DNA of 38,367 nucleotides from a virus (Duplodnaviria; Heunggongvirae; Uroviricota; Caudoviricetes): IMG/VR virus record IMGVR_UViG_2713897190_000002; one strand, 5' to 3'. Shown piece by piece: positions 19,145 to 29,112 of this stretch (position 1 is its first letter; each line of letters starts with the position of its first letter). The notes under the pieces were generated by a model. It saw only the letters and a program-made list of their open reading frames with translations, ran no database searches and was not told where the DNA came from. The position numbers and the translations under genes were made by a program.

Positions 19145-19347
19145 AACCTCACTCCCAGCGGACGACGGCGACACCGGGTTGTCCCCAGTACCGACTCCGC
19201 ATCATTGATCGCCCGGTTAAGCTCATCCAGAGAAGCCGCCGTATATTCAATTCTGCGACCATCTTTCTGGACAGACACCACCCGTTTACCGGTTAATAAA
19301 TCAAGGCGCGCCTGACGCAGCGCCTGCAGTTCAGCGACTGTAACCAT
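19141..19347 (-). CDS. W: head-tail connector protein W
   Basis: 68 aa, same length and position as lambda gpW. Confidence 0.9.
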   Translation of the reverse strand: MVTVAELQALRQARLDLLTGKRVVSVQKDGRRIEYTAASLDELNRAINDAESVLGTTRCRRRPLGVRL

Positions 19348-21301
19348 TCACTCCTCCGGACAGCTTCGCTGCCAGTTCTTTAAGGGTTGGCCGGGTCGTC
19401 TCTTCTTCCCGGGATTTTGCCAGTACAGCCAGATCAAGCTGCCAGCGTTGCACGGACACACGTAATGCCGCGTAGGCATACACCAGGCAGTCCAGCGCTT
19501 CGTTACGCCGCTTTTTGTTATCCCACAGCAGACGCATCTTTCCTTTTTCCCACTTCTCCACAAGCTCTTCCGCGACCAGTTGCTGCGCCTCTGTCTGCGA
19601 AAAAATCTCCGGATCATCAGGAAAACGGATAGCATACGACGTGGCTTCATCCACAGGCGTGGGATCGGCTTTCATACGGGCATAGAGAATTTCTTTTGCG
19701 GTGTCCGTCCCCACTTCACACAGATACACGCCCCGCTGATTGCGGGTTTTTGGCATGGTGATCACCGGCTTGCCATAGACAGATGCGCCTTTTACCGGCA
19801 GCACCCGGAAAACACCGTGTTTTTTTGACCTCTGATAAACGATTTCGCCATCGATCCCCCCGATGTCCCAGCAGACACGGGAAATGGTCATTTCGGTTCC
19901 GTCTGCATGGCGGTATTTTTTGTTGATCGCCGCATCCACACGTAACAGCGTCTCTTCCTCATCGGGACGCCCCATAATGATGATTTTATCCACCAGAAAG
20001 GCTTCCTCTCCCGGAGCCCATCCCCAGACATACATCTCAAAACGGTTTCGCTGCGAGTCAATGCCCGCCGTCAGATAAACCACCCGGGCAGGCACCGCCG
20101 CCGTGTAACGCACAACCTTATCCATCAGCACCTGGTGATCGAGTTTTTCGCCCACAGCCTCTTCCCAGGTCTCGCCCAGCGTGGTGTTCACAAAGGTTTT
20201 CAGGCCGTTGGGATCTTTCAGTGCATCCAGCCAGTCATAGACAATCTGTACCCAGGTGGTGAACGGACTGTACGCCGTCCAGATATGGAAAGTGATGGAG
20301 CGCGGCGGCGGAATTTCATCACCCCGGGCGCTGAAAAACATCAGGCCGTCACGGGTCCACATGCCCGTGTTTTCACAGATCCACCGCCCGTTACTCTGGT
20401 CAAGCTCAGACTGATGGATCACACAGCCATGATGCTCACAAAGGTAGAAAACACTTTCTGGCTTATTCTTCTCCCACTTAAGACCGAAAGGCGAGGCATC
20501 ATCGCCAAATTTCAGATACTGCTCCTCCCCACAGTGCGGACAGGGCACATAAAAACGCATGAAGTGTGCCGACTCGTTAGCGGCTTTTTCGATCTGGCAG
20601 GAGCCTTTGATTTTAGGCGTCGAGCCGCGAATGGATTTTGGCCATACAGAGCCCTCAATACGTTTATCCCCCAGCAGGGTTGGCGAACCCTCTTTTTCAA
20701 CATCCGGTTCGAACGAGGAAAGCTCGTCATAACAGACCACATCCACGGATTTTTCACGGTAGTTTTTTGCTGCCGCACCACCCAGACACCAGAACCCCAC
20801 ACCGGAGGAAAAACGCTTCAGGGTGAGCGTATTATCGCGGTGTTTTCTTCCGAACCATGGAGCCAGCTCCAGCAATGCAGGAACATCCCTTATCGTTGGC
20901 TCAACATGAGATTTCATAAAATCTTCAGCAGCTGAGTCCGTGGGCTGAAAAAGAAGGCTGTTGCGTGATTTATGCTCAATAAAATAAGCCTCCACTCCCA
21001 GCAACATCTTTGTATAACCAACACGGGCAGATTTAATCAGGTTAACCGTGCGAATCAGATCGTTGCCCATACAGTTCATGATGCCAACCTGAAACGGCAG
21101 TGTTTCCCATCGCCCCGGGGTATAAGACGACTCTTTAGGAAGGTAATAATGTTTATTGGCCCACTGAACTGTCGTCAGTGGAACAGGAATAATGAGAGAT
21201 AAAAGCCCTGTAGCTATCGCACCGGCTGCATTAGCTGCCTTCTGCGCGTCTGAAATCATCGATCCACCCGCCCACGTTTTCACCGGCCTTAGCTGCAACA
21301 T
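19331..21301 (-). CDS. A: terminase large subunit A
   Basis: [15 protein letters not shown] and extensive downstream similarity to lambda gpA; the true start may be the internal ATG at 21259 (MISDAQ..., about 642 aa), which gives a lambda-like overlap with Nu1. Confidence 0.9.
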
Positions 21302-21779
21302 TGGAGGCTTTCGCGATTTCAGTTTTCACCACATCAAGGTGTGATGGTGAAATGTCCGGATATTTACGCTGTAATGTCAACGGCACACGCACAAGTATCC
21401 CCGAAATCTCCTGTGCCACACGTTGCAGAATGAAGGTAAACAGTTCAGTTTCCAGCACTACTCCGTCTTCACGGGCATTTTTCAGTTCCTGCGCATCTGC
21501 CTGCGCTTTTGTGAGCCGGTAGCGTTCATAGTCAATGGTGCCGGGTTGTAAATCTGACTCCGCTGCCGCACGCAAATCGTCCAGTTCTTTGCGGAGCTTT
21601 TCGTTTTCGATATCAGTTTCCCTCTGCGCATACCACTGAATTGCCATGGCAGTATCAAATACAGATTCAATGCCCTTACTACCTTTGGAGGCGCAAGGGA
21701 GTCCCTGAGACTGCCAGCGTTCAATCGTCCGCGGGTCCACGTTGAAAATTTCGGCAAGCCTCTTTTTATTAACCTTCAT
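21231..21779 (-). CDS. Nu1: terminase small subunit Nu1
   Basis: 182 aa; [12 protein letters not shown]...IENEKLR...[28 protein letters not shown] matches lambda Nu1. Confidence 0.9.
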
Positions 21780-21949
21780 GAAAACAACCCATTATCAAAT
21801 ACAAGGCCCGACATGAAAACGCCAGAAAAAGGCATTTTCGGACACTTTCATGTCGGACCTTTACGGATGCAATATTAAAAAAAACAAAAAGTTATATTCG
21901 AGAAGTACCGACACGATTTTCCCTGAAAAATTTTCATAAATAGTGAAAA

Positions 21950-21970
21950 ACCGCGAGGTCGCCGCCCCGT
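21950..21970 (-). other. cos site (cosN, 12-nt cohesive end GGGCGGCGACCT)
   Basis: The - strand reads GGGGCGGCGACCTCGCGGTTTTTCACTATTTATGAAAATTTT, nearly identical to the lambda left end, directly upstream of Nu1. Confidence 0.85.
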
Positions 21971-22115
21971 AACCTGTTGGATCGACGGAAAGGACCCGAA
22001 AACGAGAATAATTATCACTTACAGCAAGAATCGAATCTGATCTATTATGGTGCTTGCTATTATGTGCCGGCACAAGTGCGTCGTTTACCGTCATTTCACA
22101 CAGAGGCATCATCAA

Positions 22116-22367
22116 ATGAAAATCAGAAATATTCTCGCTATCTCCCTTGCGACATCATCCTTCAGTTGCCTGGCATTTAAATCCTCGCCCAATGTGCTAC
22201 CAGGACCAACGAATCAACTAACTGCGGTAGAAAGTAAAATTATCGGACATTTTTATGCCCCACACAGTACATTACCCGGAACAACCATCACAGGGACATG
22301 TGACGCCTCCCCCGTCCCGGGATGCACCTGTCCGTTTTGTACTATGCTGCGTAGCCAAAACCGATAA
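22116..22367 (+). CDS. hypothetical small secreted Cys-rich protein (83 aa)
   Basis: ATG with GAGG 8 nt upstream; signal-peptide-like N-terminus MKIRNILAISLATSSFSCLA; Cys-rich C-terminus TGTCDASPVPGCTCPFC; sits in the accessory region between cos and bor. Confidence 0.4.
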   Translation: MKIRNILAISLATSSFSCLAFKSSPNVLPGPTNQLTAVESKIIGHFYAPHSTLPGTTITGTCDASPVPGCTCPFCTMLRSQNR

Positions 22368-22428
22368 CATCCGCATTTACCTGGTATTCCATGATGAGTT
22401 CACGCAGCGACTGATAGAGGAAGGAAAG

Positions 22429-22608
22429 ATGGTTAGTAAAAGCAAGGCGCATTGCCGCCGCATGCTGCAGGCATTGCAACAGACGAGAGCAGGTATTTTT
22501 GACCAGTTGGAAAACTGCCAGCATACTTTGCCCGAGTATATCGCCATCTCATCGGAAACCAGTGCAACTCTTATTCATCGGGTTCCACCAGAGAAAAAGA
22601 AGAAATGA
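22429..22608 (+). CDS. hypothetical small protein (59 aa)
   Basis: ATG preceded by GAGGAAGGAAAG; translation MVSKSKAHCRRMLQALQQTRAGIFDQLENCQ...; not in the ORF track because of its length. Confidence 0.3.
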   Translation: MVSKSKAHCRRMLQALQQTRAGIFDQLENCQHTLPEYIAISSETSATLIHRVPPEKKKK

Positions 22609-22730
22609 ACAGTGAGGCGTTGTGTGGCATACAACGCCTTCTTCCATCATTCCTCGTCAGCCATGACAAAAATATAACCGCTGGCTCTTTCATTTTTCTC
22701 CTGCTTCCAGCCCCTCTCTACCTGGAAGCA

Positions 22731-23057
22731 TCAAGGACGTGACGGCGTAAAGATAAATTGTCTCTTCACTCCCTGACAGGGGCGATTCTTTTCAAATCGC
22801 CATTTCGCCATGGCCTTCACCACTTCATCACGAAACAAATTATGAGGCTCTGAGCGGAGAAAAACGATCCGTGTCACAGTCCCATCAGCACCAATATCGA
22901 ACTTAACCTCAACCAGCCCCTTGATATAATTTGCTGCAGCATATTCCGGATATCGTGGATACACCGTCACTAATTGCCGGGGCTCATCAGCTTTTTGCTG
23001 CGAGCATCCCACTGCCAGGACAGATAACAGAAAAAGTAGTAAAAGGCGTCTTTTCAT
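22731..23057 (-). CDS. lipoprotein with TonB C-terminal-like domain
   Basis: Start set at the internal ATG with AGGAAT upstream; lipoprotein signal MKRRLLLLFLLSVLAVGC; mature part YPRYPEYAAANYIKGLVEVKFDIGADGTVTRIVFLRSEPHNLFRDEVVKAMAKWRFE fits the TonB_C signature. Confidence 0.65.
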   Translation of the reverse strand: MKRRLLLLFLLSVLAVGCSQQKADEPRQLVTVYPRYPEYAAANYIKGLVEVKFDIGADGTVTRIVFLRSEPHNLFRDEVVKAMAKWRFEKNRPCQGVKRQFIFTPSRP

Positions 23058-23537
23058 TTTTATTCCTACGGGTCTTATTCTGACAATATATCCTGTGTTC
23101 CAGACTGCCACATCACCACATCCTGTGCCATTATCTGACTCACATTACATACATCGCATCGGGATACAGTAGTAGCACTTTCTGTAATACAGCTTCCTGT
23201 TTCTTCCACCATCGCACCGGGATAAACCCGCGAATCATTAACGCGGTAAAAACCCGGTGTGCATCGTTTTTAATTATTCCCGCACACTCACGCAGAAGGA
23301 ATTCCCCGTCGGGCTACGGTCATGGTTAATGCGGGAATACGGCGACGATACAGCGCAGCTAAAAGGGTAATGGACGGATAGACCGGTTTATTTCATTCCA
23401 CAGGATTCTGAGTGTCCCCAACTTCCTCCAATAGTCTGAGCCCACCTGTGTAGTTTTAATTTTCATCAATCCATTTAACTATCGTTTAATTGTTGTCACA
23501 TAGGATTCTGCCGTTTTTAACAATGCAGGATAATAAG

Positions 23538-23831
23538 ATGAAAAAAATGTTGTTTTCTGCCGCTCTGGCAATGCTTATTACAGGATGTGCTCAACAGACG
23601 TTTACTGTTGGAAACAAACCTACAGCAGTAACACCAAAGGAAACCATCACCCATCATTTCTTCGTTTCGGGAATTGGGCAGAAGAAAACTGTCGATGCAG
23701 CAAAAATTTGTGGTGGTGCAGAAAATGTTGTTAAAACAGAAACCCAGCAAACATTCGTAAATGGATTGCTCGGTTTTATTACTTTAGGCATTTATACTCC
23801 GCTGGAAGCGCGTGTGTATTGCTCACAATAA
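23538..23831 (+). CDS. bor: Bor lipoprotein (serum resistance)
   Basis: 97 aa from the internal ATG; MKKML...ITGCAQQTFTV...ETITHHFFVSGIGQKKTVDAAKICGGAENVVKTETQQTFVNGLLGFITLGIYTPLEARVYCSQ matches lambda Bor; convergent with Rz as in lambda. Confidence 0.92.
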   Translation: MKKMLFSAALAMLITGCAQQTFTVGNKPTAVTPKETITHHFFVSGIGQKKTVDAAKICGGAENVVKTETQQTFVNGLLGFITLGIYTPLEARVYCSQ

Positions 23832-23862
23832 TTGCATGAGTTGCCCATCGATATGGGCAGCT

Positions 23863-24324
23863 CTATCTGCACTGCTCATTAATATACTTCTGGGTTCCTT
23901 CCAGTTGTTTTTGCATAGTGATCAGCCTCTCTCTGAGGGTGAAATAATCCCGTTCAGCGGTGTCTGCCAGTCGGGGGGAGGCTGCATTATCCACGCCGGA
24001 GGCGGTGGTGGCTTCACGCACTGACTGACAGACTGCTTTGATGTGCAACCGACGACGACCAGCGGCAACATCATCACGCAGAGCATCATTTTCAGCTTTC
24101 GCATCAGCTAACTCCTTCGTGTATTTTGCATCGAGCGCAGCAACATCACGCTGACGCATCTGTATGTCAGTAATTGCCGCGTTCGCCAGCGTCAGTTCTC
24201 TGGCATTTTTGTCGCGCTGGGCTTTGTAGGTAATGGCGTTATCACGGTAATGATTAACAGCCCATGACAGGCAGACGATGATGCAGATAACCAGAGCGGA
24301 GATAATCGCGGTTACTCTGTTCAT
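23863..24324 (-). CDS. Rz: spanin inner membrane subunit Rz
   Basis: 153 aa from the ATG overlapping the R stop; [44 protein letters not shown] matches lambda Rz. Confidence 0.9.
   Translation of the reverse strand: MNRVTAIISALVICIIVCLSWAVNHYRDNAITYKAQRDKNARELTLANAAITDIQMRQRDVAALDAKYTKELADAKAENDALRDDVAAGRRRLHIKAVCQSVREATTASGVDNAASPRLADTAERDYFTLRERLITMQKQLEGTQKYINEQCR
23922..24104 (-). CDS. Rz1: spanin outer membrane lipoprotein Rz1 (embedded in Rz, +1 frame)
   Basis: 60 aa; lipobox LVVVGC; proline-rich [18 protein letters not shown]; fully nested within Rz as in lambda. Confidence 0.85.
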   Translation of the reverse strand: MRKLKMMLCVMMLPLVVVGCTSKQSVSQCVKPPPPPAWIMQPPPDWQTPLNGIISPSERG

Positions 24325-24818
24325 TGCTGACCCCACAAACAGATTTCACGCTCAATCTCACGACGAGTCATGAGACCTTTCCATTGCTTACCGCCAGCAT
24401 ATGTCCAGCGACGTAGCTGATCACATGCGCCTTTGATATCGCCCTGGTTTATTTTGCGAAGAAGCGTCGATGTTCTGAAATTGCCAGCACCCACGTTGTA
24501 AACGAATGAGTAAAGAGCGCCGCGCATTGTTTCCGGTATATCGACTTTGATGTACGGGTTAATTTGTCTGGCGACCGTGGCAAGGTCTTTATTCAGGAGG
24601 GCTTTGCATTCTGCTTTGGTATACGTTTTACCGAGCATGATGTCTTTTCCTGTATGCCCGTGACATACAGTCCATACACCAACAATATCTTTGTATGGTA
24701 TGTAGCTGACACCTTCCAGACCATCGTTACCACTTGGGCCAGTGATTAACACTGATGCTATAGCAATTGCTCCGCCACCAATAGCAGCAGCAACGGCTTT
24801 TCGTAATGATGGAGGCAT
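24321..24818 (-). CDS. R: SAR endolysin (T4-lysozyme-like, phage 21 R21 type)
   Basis: 165 aa; Gly/Ala-rich N-terminal signal-anchor-release segment [20 protein letters not shown] followed by a lysozyme-like domain; the same length as phage 21 R as recalled. Confidence 0.88.
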   Translation of the reverse strand: MPPSLRKAVAAAIGGGAIAIASVLITGPSGNDGLEGVSYIPYKDIVGVWTVCHGHTGKDIMLGKTYTKAECKALLNKDLATVARQINPYIKVDIPETMRGALYSFVYNVGAGNFRTSTLLRKINQGDIKGACDQLRRWTYAGGKQWKGLMTRREIEREICLWGQQ

Positions 24819-25033
24819 TATTCACCTCTCGCAGCCTTGCGCTTATCTTCTTTAATCTTGAAATAAAGGTTTGTCAGGTACGTCAGCAGGCCAAATACCA
24901 GGCTACCCAGCACACCTATTGCCGCCCACTGTGAGGGCGTGACTTTATCGAGCAACTGTAAAAACCAGTACCCGGCACTACCTGCTGAGGTACCATAGGC
25001 GACACCCGTTGTTAACTTATCCATGGATTTCAT
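24818..25033 (-). CDS. S: pinholin (phage 21 S21 type) with dual-start motif
   Basis: 71 aa; [26 protein letters not shown]...; Met1 and Met4 starts; two TM segments; GAGGTGGGG Shine-Dalgarno. Confidence 0.88.
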
Positions 25034-25161
25034 AACCCCACCTCGCAGACAAAGCGGGTGTAAATTAAGGGGATACTACGTATCGCAATAAAGGCAGAAA
25101 CGTAACAGATTCGGAGTCAGTGAATAACTCAGGTATTGGGTTATCAGCTAATATCGAGACT

Positions 25162-25192
25162 CAAAAAATGGAAAAACCCGCTCGACGGCGGG
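25162..25192 (-). terminator. rho-independent terminator upstream of S (candidate tR' or transcriptional insulator)
   Basis: On the - strand, hairpin CCCGCCGTCGAGCGGG followed by TTTTTCCATTTTTT, about 130 nt upstream of the S start. Confidence 0.45.
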
Positions 25193-25621
25193 TTTAAGCT
25201 GTGTGACGAAGTAACCACTCTTAACAGCATAACCAATTTTTTACGTACGTAAACTACTAAATGATATTTGTGAGAATGCCACCGAGTGTTCAAAACACCA
25301 CCACAAATGCATAAGAAAACTTCAACAAATAACCAGTTAATAATTTCCGATGTTATTTTTAGTTTGTTTAAATTAAGCTAAAGAATTATAGAGCACTTAT
25401 AAATAAGTGCCATTAATATAAATTAGCTAATAGATTTATTTTTGTTCAGACAAGAGCCATGAATAGGATTAGATAGAAAAGGTTCAGATAAAAATAGAGA
25501 TCTACTTCACAAATTAAATGAGAAACTAAAACTTACATCTTGAAATAATCACATTGATTAGATGAATATTTATCGCGCAGTGACATCATTTTTTAATAAT
25601 AGTTCAAAAAAAGGGCGTACA

Positions 25622-26704
25622 ATGAAAAAATTAACAGTGGCAATTTCTGCTGTAGCTGCATCAGTACTGATGGCGATGTCTGCTCAGGCAGCTGAAATTT
25701 ATAATAAAGACAGTAACAAGCTGGATCTATACGGGAAAGTTAATGCCAAGCACTACTTCTCCTCTAATGATGCAGATGATGGTGATACTACTTATGCCCG
25801 TCTTGGCTTCAAAGGTGAAACCCAAATCAACGATCAACTGACTGGTTTCGGTCAGTGGGAATATGAATTCAAAGGCAACCGTGCTGAATCTCAAGGTTCT
25901 TCCAAAGACAAAACCCGTCTTGCATTTGCAGGCCTGAAATTTGGTGATTACGGCTCAATCGATTACGGCCGTAACTACGGTGTAGCATACGACATCGGTG
26001 CGTGGACTGACGTTCTGCCAGAATTCGGTGGTGATACCTGGACCCAAACAGATGTGTTCATGACTGGTCGCACTACTGGTGTTGCAACTTATCGTAACAA
26101 CGACTTATTTGGTCTGGTCGATGGCCTGAACTTTGCTGCTCAGTATCAGGGTAAAAATGACCGCACTGACGTAACTGAAGCCAATGGTGATGGTTTCGGT
26201 TTCTCCACTACTTATGAGTATGAAGGATTCGGCGTGGGTGCAACCTATGCTAAATCAGATCGCACTGACGGTCAGGTCGCCTATGGTAAGAGCAAATTCA
26301 ATGCCTCCGGCAAAAATGCGGAAGTATGGGCTGCAGGCCTGAAATATGATGCGAACAATATCTATCTGGCTACCACATATTCTGAAACTCAGAATATGAC
26401 CGTTTTTGGTAATAACCATATTGCAAACAAAGCACAAAACTTTGAAGCAGTAGCACAATATCAGTTTGACTTCGGTCTGCGTCCATCTGTTGCTTACCTT
26501 CAGTCAAAAGGTAAAGACCTTGGTGTTCATGGTGACCGAGACTTAGTCAAGTATGTCGATGTCGGTGCTACTTACTACTTTAATAAAAACATGTCCACTT
26601 TTGTTGATTACAAAATCAACTTAATTGACGATAGTAAGTTTACCAAAACAGCTGGTATTGATACCGACGACATCGTCGCTGTAGGTCTGGTTTATCAGTT
26701 CTAA
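25622..26704 (+). CDS. nmpC: outer membrane general porin, NmpC/Lc (OmpC/OmpF) family, prophage-encoded
   Basis: 360 aa from the ATG with AAGGG upstream; signal peptide [23 protein letters not shown]; mature [16 protein letters not shown]... and C-terminal VGLVYQF typical of enterobacterial porins; close to NmpC as recalled; transcribed opposite to the late genes. Confidence 0.92.
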   Translation: MKKLTVAISAVAASVLMAMSAQAAEIYNKDSNKLDLYGKVNAKHYFSSNDADDGDTTYARLGFKGETQINDQLTGFGQWEYEFKGNRAESQGSSKDKTRLAFAGLKFGDYGSIDYGRNYGVAYDIGAWTDVLPEFGGDTWTQTDVFMTGRTTGVATYRNNDLFGLVDGLNFAAQYQGKNDRTDVTEANGDGFGFSTTYEYEGFGVGATYAKSDRTDGQVAYGKSKFNASGKNAEVWAAGLKYDANNIYLATTYSETQNMTVFGNNHIANKAQNFEAVAQYQFDFGLRPSVAYLQSKGKDLGVHGDRDLVKYVDVGATYYFNKNMSTFVDYKINLIDDSKFTKTAGIDTDDIVAVGLVYQF

Positions 26705-26732
26705 TCTGACTTACGAAAAAGATATGTTGCGG

Positions 26733-26866
26733 GAGGCTTTGCCTCCGCAACATATAAGTGGAGCCCTCAAGCCACTTCCTTTAGAAGCACTACCTTGCTT
26801 CTTACTATATAAACCTTCTGTTATATATTACCCTTTATTTTGGGGGCGTTTCCACGCCCCATTTTT
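26733..26866. promoter_or_regulatory. two GC hairpins between porin and Q (candidate terminators; possible late promoter pR'/tR' region)
   Basis: Hairpin TTGCGGGAGGCTTTGCCTCCGCAA (T-run on the - strand side) and hairpin GGGGCGTTTCCACGCCCC (T-run on the + strand side); exact promoter not resolved. Confidence 0.35.
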
Positions 26867-26892
26867 AATAACTTTTAGTAAACAATTGCATA

Positions 26893-27276
26893 TCAATTAG
26901 AATTATTAGCAACGATATCCATATCTAACCGGATATCTAATGCCATTAACATCCCTTCAATTATGCCCTCAGCCTTCTGTAACCTTTTCCCGATATAACC
27001 ATCCGAGCAGCAATGCTTACTTGCCAGTGACATGAATGTCATACCACATACATAATAATCTACTAATAAATCGTGTAAATCGCTGTTGTTCTTTTTCAGA
27101 CGGGCCATGCACCCGCAAATGATCATCGCGTCATCGTCACAACATTGCGGGCGAGATTTTACTTTTGAAGGAATTAATCCCTTAAAACCGGCGGCAATGG
27201 ACGACCAGGTCACATCTTCATGATTATTAGCCGCCCACGCCCCCCAACGCTCAAGAACCATCTGAATATCACGCAT
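26893..27276 (-). CDS. Q: late gene antiterminator Q (phage 21/82-DLP12 QuuD type)
   Basis: 127 aa from the ATG with GGAG upstream; [24 protein letters not shown]...[12 protein letters not shown] matches QuuD as recalled; the track ORF starts 5 codons upstream at TTG. Confidence 0.85.
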   Translation of the reverse strand: MRDIQMVLERWGAWAANNHEDVTWSSIAAGFKGLIPSKVKSRPQCCDDDAMIICGCMARLKKNNSDLHDLLVDYYVCGMTFMSLASKHCCSDGYIGKRLQKAEGIIEGMLMALDIRLDMDIVANNSN

Positions 27277-27361
27277 CAACTTACTCCACAAAAATCAGAC
27301 CAGAACGCCAATTACAAGCAAAAATCAACAAAACAGTATTAGTTGATTGTTATCTCTGACT

Positions 27362-27502
27362 TCATACTCCTGTTCCTGTCAGGGTTTTGGCGTAATTCTT
27401 CAGTATTCGGTAATCGGTCAAAACAGAACCGAGGAAACGATATAAGCGCAGACGCCCCCAGCGGTGGCGAAGAAGTTCTGCCATATTAAACTCAAACATC
27501 AT
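27362..27502 (-). CDS. small protein, YlcG-like (46 aa)
   Basis: ATGATG start overlapping the rusA stop; translation [46 protein letters not shown]; DLP12 has a 46-aa gene between rusA and quuD; coordinates approximate. Confidence 0.4.
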   Translation of the reverse strand: MMFEFNMAELLRHRWGRLRLYRFLGSVLTDYRILKNYAKTLTGTGV

Positions 27503-27861
27503 TCATTCCCCATTTCGGTGATGGTCAGTTCCAGCCTCCCACCTTTGGTAACAGGCATCTTCACAACGCGGTAATCAACGACCTGAGCATCATCCAGCCA
27601 GAAACCTGCTTTAGTGAGTGCGTCAAAAGCGGCTTTTTGCAGATTATCCAGGTCACGGCGACGGCGATCCGGCATGTGGCACTCAATGCGGATTTTCACA
27701 GGCATAGCCAGGCCGATATCCAGCATTGCGTTTTTAATGATTCGGGCGACGTTATCGCGGTATGCCTGCCCCTCTGCGCTGACGTGCGTGCGCCCGCGAT
27801 TATGGCGGTAATAGCGATTATTGCTCGGAGGCCAGGGTAATGTGATGCTGTAGGTATTCAC
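27499..27861 (-). CDS. rusA: Holliday junction resolvase RusA
   Basis: 120 aa; [38 protein letters not shown]... matches E. coli RusA as recalled; GTG start. Confidence 0.9.
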   Translation of the reverse strand: MNTYSITLPWPPSNNRYYRHNRGRTHVSAEGQAYRDNVARIIKNAMLDIGLAMPVKIRIECHMPDRRRRDLDNLQKAAFDALTKAGFWLDDAQVVDYRVVKMPVTKGGRLELTITEMGNE

Positions 27862-27880
27862 GCCTTAATAACCCCCTCTT

Positions 27881-28075
27881 TCAGCCACATAACCTGTGTT
27901 CTCGCCATACCTTCCAGCGCGCATTCTTTTGCATATGCAGCATCGACTTGCTTGGCATGCCCTTTACCGGCAATCTTCTGTATGCGCTAAACCTAGATAG
28001 AATCCACTCTGTGCACATTGAAGCCCGCTCTATGCTTTCTTTCAGGTATTGAAGGGATTGAGATGGGCTAAGCAT
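27881..28075 (-). CDS. hypothetical protein (64 aa), nin region
   Basis: ORF between orf113 and rusA, overlapping the orf113 stop; no recognisable motif; may be a gene remnant. Confidence 0.3.
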   Translation of the reverse strand: MLSPSQSLQYLKESIERASMCTEWILSRFSAYRRLPVKGMPSKSMLHMQKNARWKVWREHRLCG

Positions 28076-28409
28076 TATTGGCCTCCTGCATCAGGAGAAA
28101 GACAATCATGGCGGCGCGGAGAGGTCTGGTATCAAATATTGGGCTTACGCCTTTTGCATCCACACACCATTCAGTTAACTGGTCTAAGATAGAAATCCTG
28201 TATTTCTCAATAATCGGCCATGAAGCGCTCGGATCATTGCAGTAGTCAGGCAAATGATTTAATGGCTCAAAAGTTGTATCAGCATTTCCGTAATACCATT
28301 TGTTGGTGTTATTCCCTGATGTTTCCGGTTTACTTGCCCAAAGGCCTTTAAAAATTATGTCTCCTACCATTCTGTTAATTTCAAAATCACTTAACTGTGA
28401 ATAATCCAT
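28068..28409 (-). CDS. hypothetical phage protein (113 aa), nin region
   Basis: Start set at the ATG preceded by GAGGAA ([24 protein letters not shown]...); no motif recognised. Confidence 0.5.
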   Translation of the reverse strand: MDYSQLSDFEINRMVGDIIFKGLWASKPETSGNNTNKWYYGNADTTFEPLNHLPDYCNDPSASWPIIEKYRISILDQLTEWCVDAKGVSPIFDTRPLRAAMIVFLLMQEANNA

Positions 28410-28411
28410 TG

Positions 28412-28588
28412 TCATTTCCTCGCACGATATCTTAGCCACCGGATATCCCACAGGTGGGCTGTGTAATTGAAGGTTTTTACGTCAGATTCTTTTGGGATTA
28501 GCTTGCGTTTATTTCTGGAGCGTTTCGTTGGAAGGTATTTGCAGTTTTCGCAGATTATGTCGGTGATGCTTCGTCGCTGTCGTCTCAT
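28412..28588 (-). CDS. ninE: NinE-like protein
   Basis: 58 aa from the internal ATG ([27 protein letters not shown]...), resembling lambda/DLP12 NinE as recalled; start overlaps the methyltransferase stop. Confidence 0.5.
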   Translation of the reverse strand: MRRQRRSITDIICENCKYLPTKRSRNKRKLIPKESDVKTFNYTAHLWDIRWLRYRARK

Positions 28589-29112
28589 GCAGCCCTCCTG
28601 ACGCCCTGCCCGATCGCCATCAATGCCGCTTTGGATACGGTAGTAAACATCCGTCGAGGACTGATGAACGGTCGCCAAATCAGCAGCATGGAGCCTTTGC
28701 TGTTTCCCTTCTTCTCCAGCCCTGTCGATGGTTCGATAAAATTAATCCGTCCATCAGTGATAATACGAACTTCGTCAACACTCTCCAGAGCCTTGCTGAA
28801 CCATCCGACAGACATATCCTCTGGCACAAGCATCACTACCGTCTGTCGCTGTTGTATACACTGCTCAGCGGCTTTTTCCACCCACGGCCTGATATTGCTG
28901 TACGGTGGGTTATTCCAGATTGCACCGTGGCTTACCCACTCAGAATTGAGCGCGTCGTCGTCCTCAGTTAGCCAGTGAGCGCACAGAGCATTTTTGTCGC
29001 TCGCTGCCGAATCCAGCCAGAATCCAAACTCAATATCCAGTGCATCAAAAAGCCAAAGCGGCGTTTGCCAGCAGTCCTTGTCGTGTGCTGGCGTATTTGA
29101 TTTGATAGTCAT
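28585..29112 (-). CDS. phage DNA N6-adenine methyltransferase (Dam-like)
   Basis: 175 aa from the ATG overlapping the ninB stop; motifs [31 protein letters not shown] typical of phage N6A methyltransferases; replaces the lambda ninC-ninD segment. Confidence 0.75.
   Translation of the reverse strand: MTIKSNTPAHDKDCWQTPLWLFDALDIEFGFWLDSAASDKNALCAHWLTEDDDALNSEWVSHGAIWNNPPYSNIRPWVEKAAEQCIQQRQTVVMLVPEDMSVGWFSKALESVDEVRIITDGRINFIEPSTGLEKKGNSKGSMLLIWRPFISPRRMFTTVSKAALMAIGQGVRRAA

Noticed and set aside
20135-20935. 266-aa ORF on the + strand
   Set aside because: It is antisense within terminase A, which is strongly supported by homology.
21861-22115. 84-aa ORF on the - strand spanning the cos site
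   Set aside because: It overlaps cosN and the cos-adjacent DNA that matches the non-coding lambda left end.
25041-25560. Possible tRNA genes or CRISPR repeats in the AT-rich intergenic region between S and the porin
   Set aside because: No cloverleaf-compatible sequence or regularly spaced direct repeats were seen; the region looks like an AT-rich promoter region for the porin gene.
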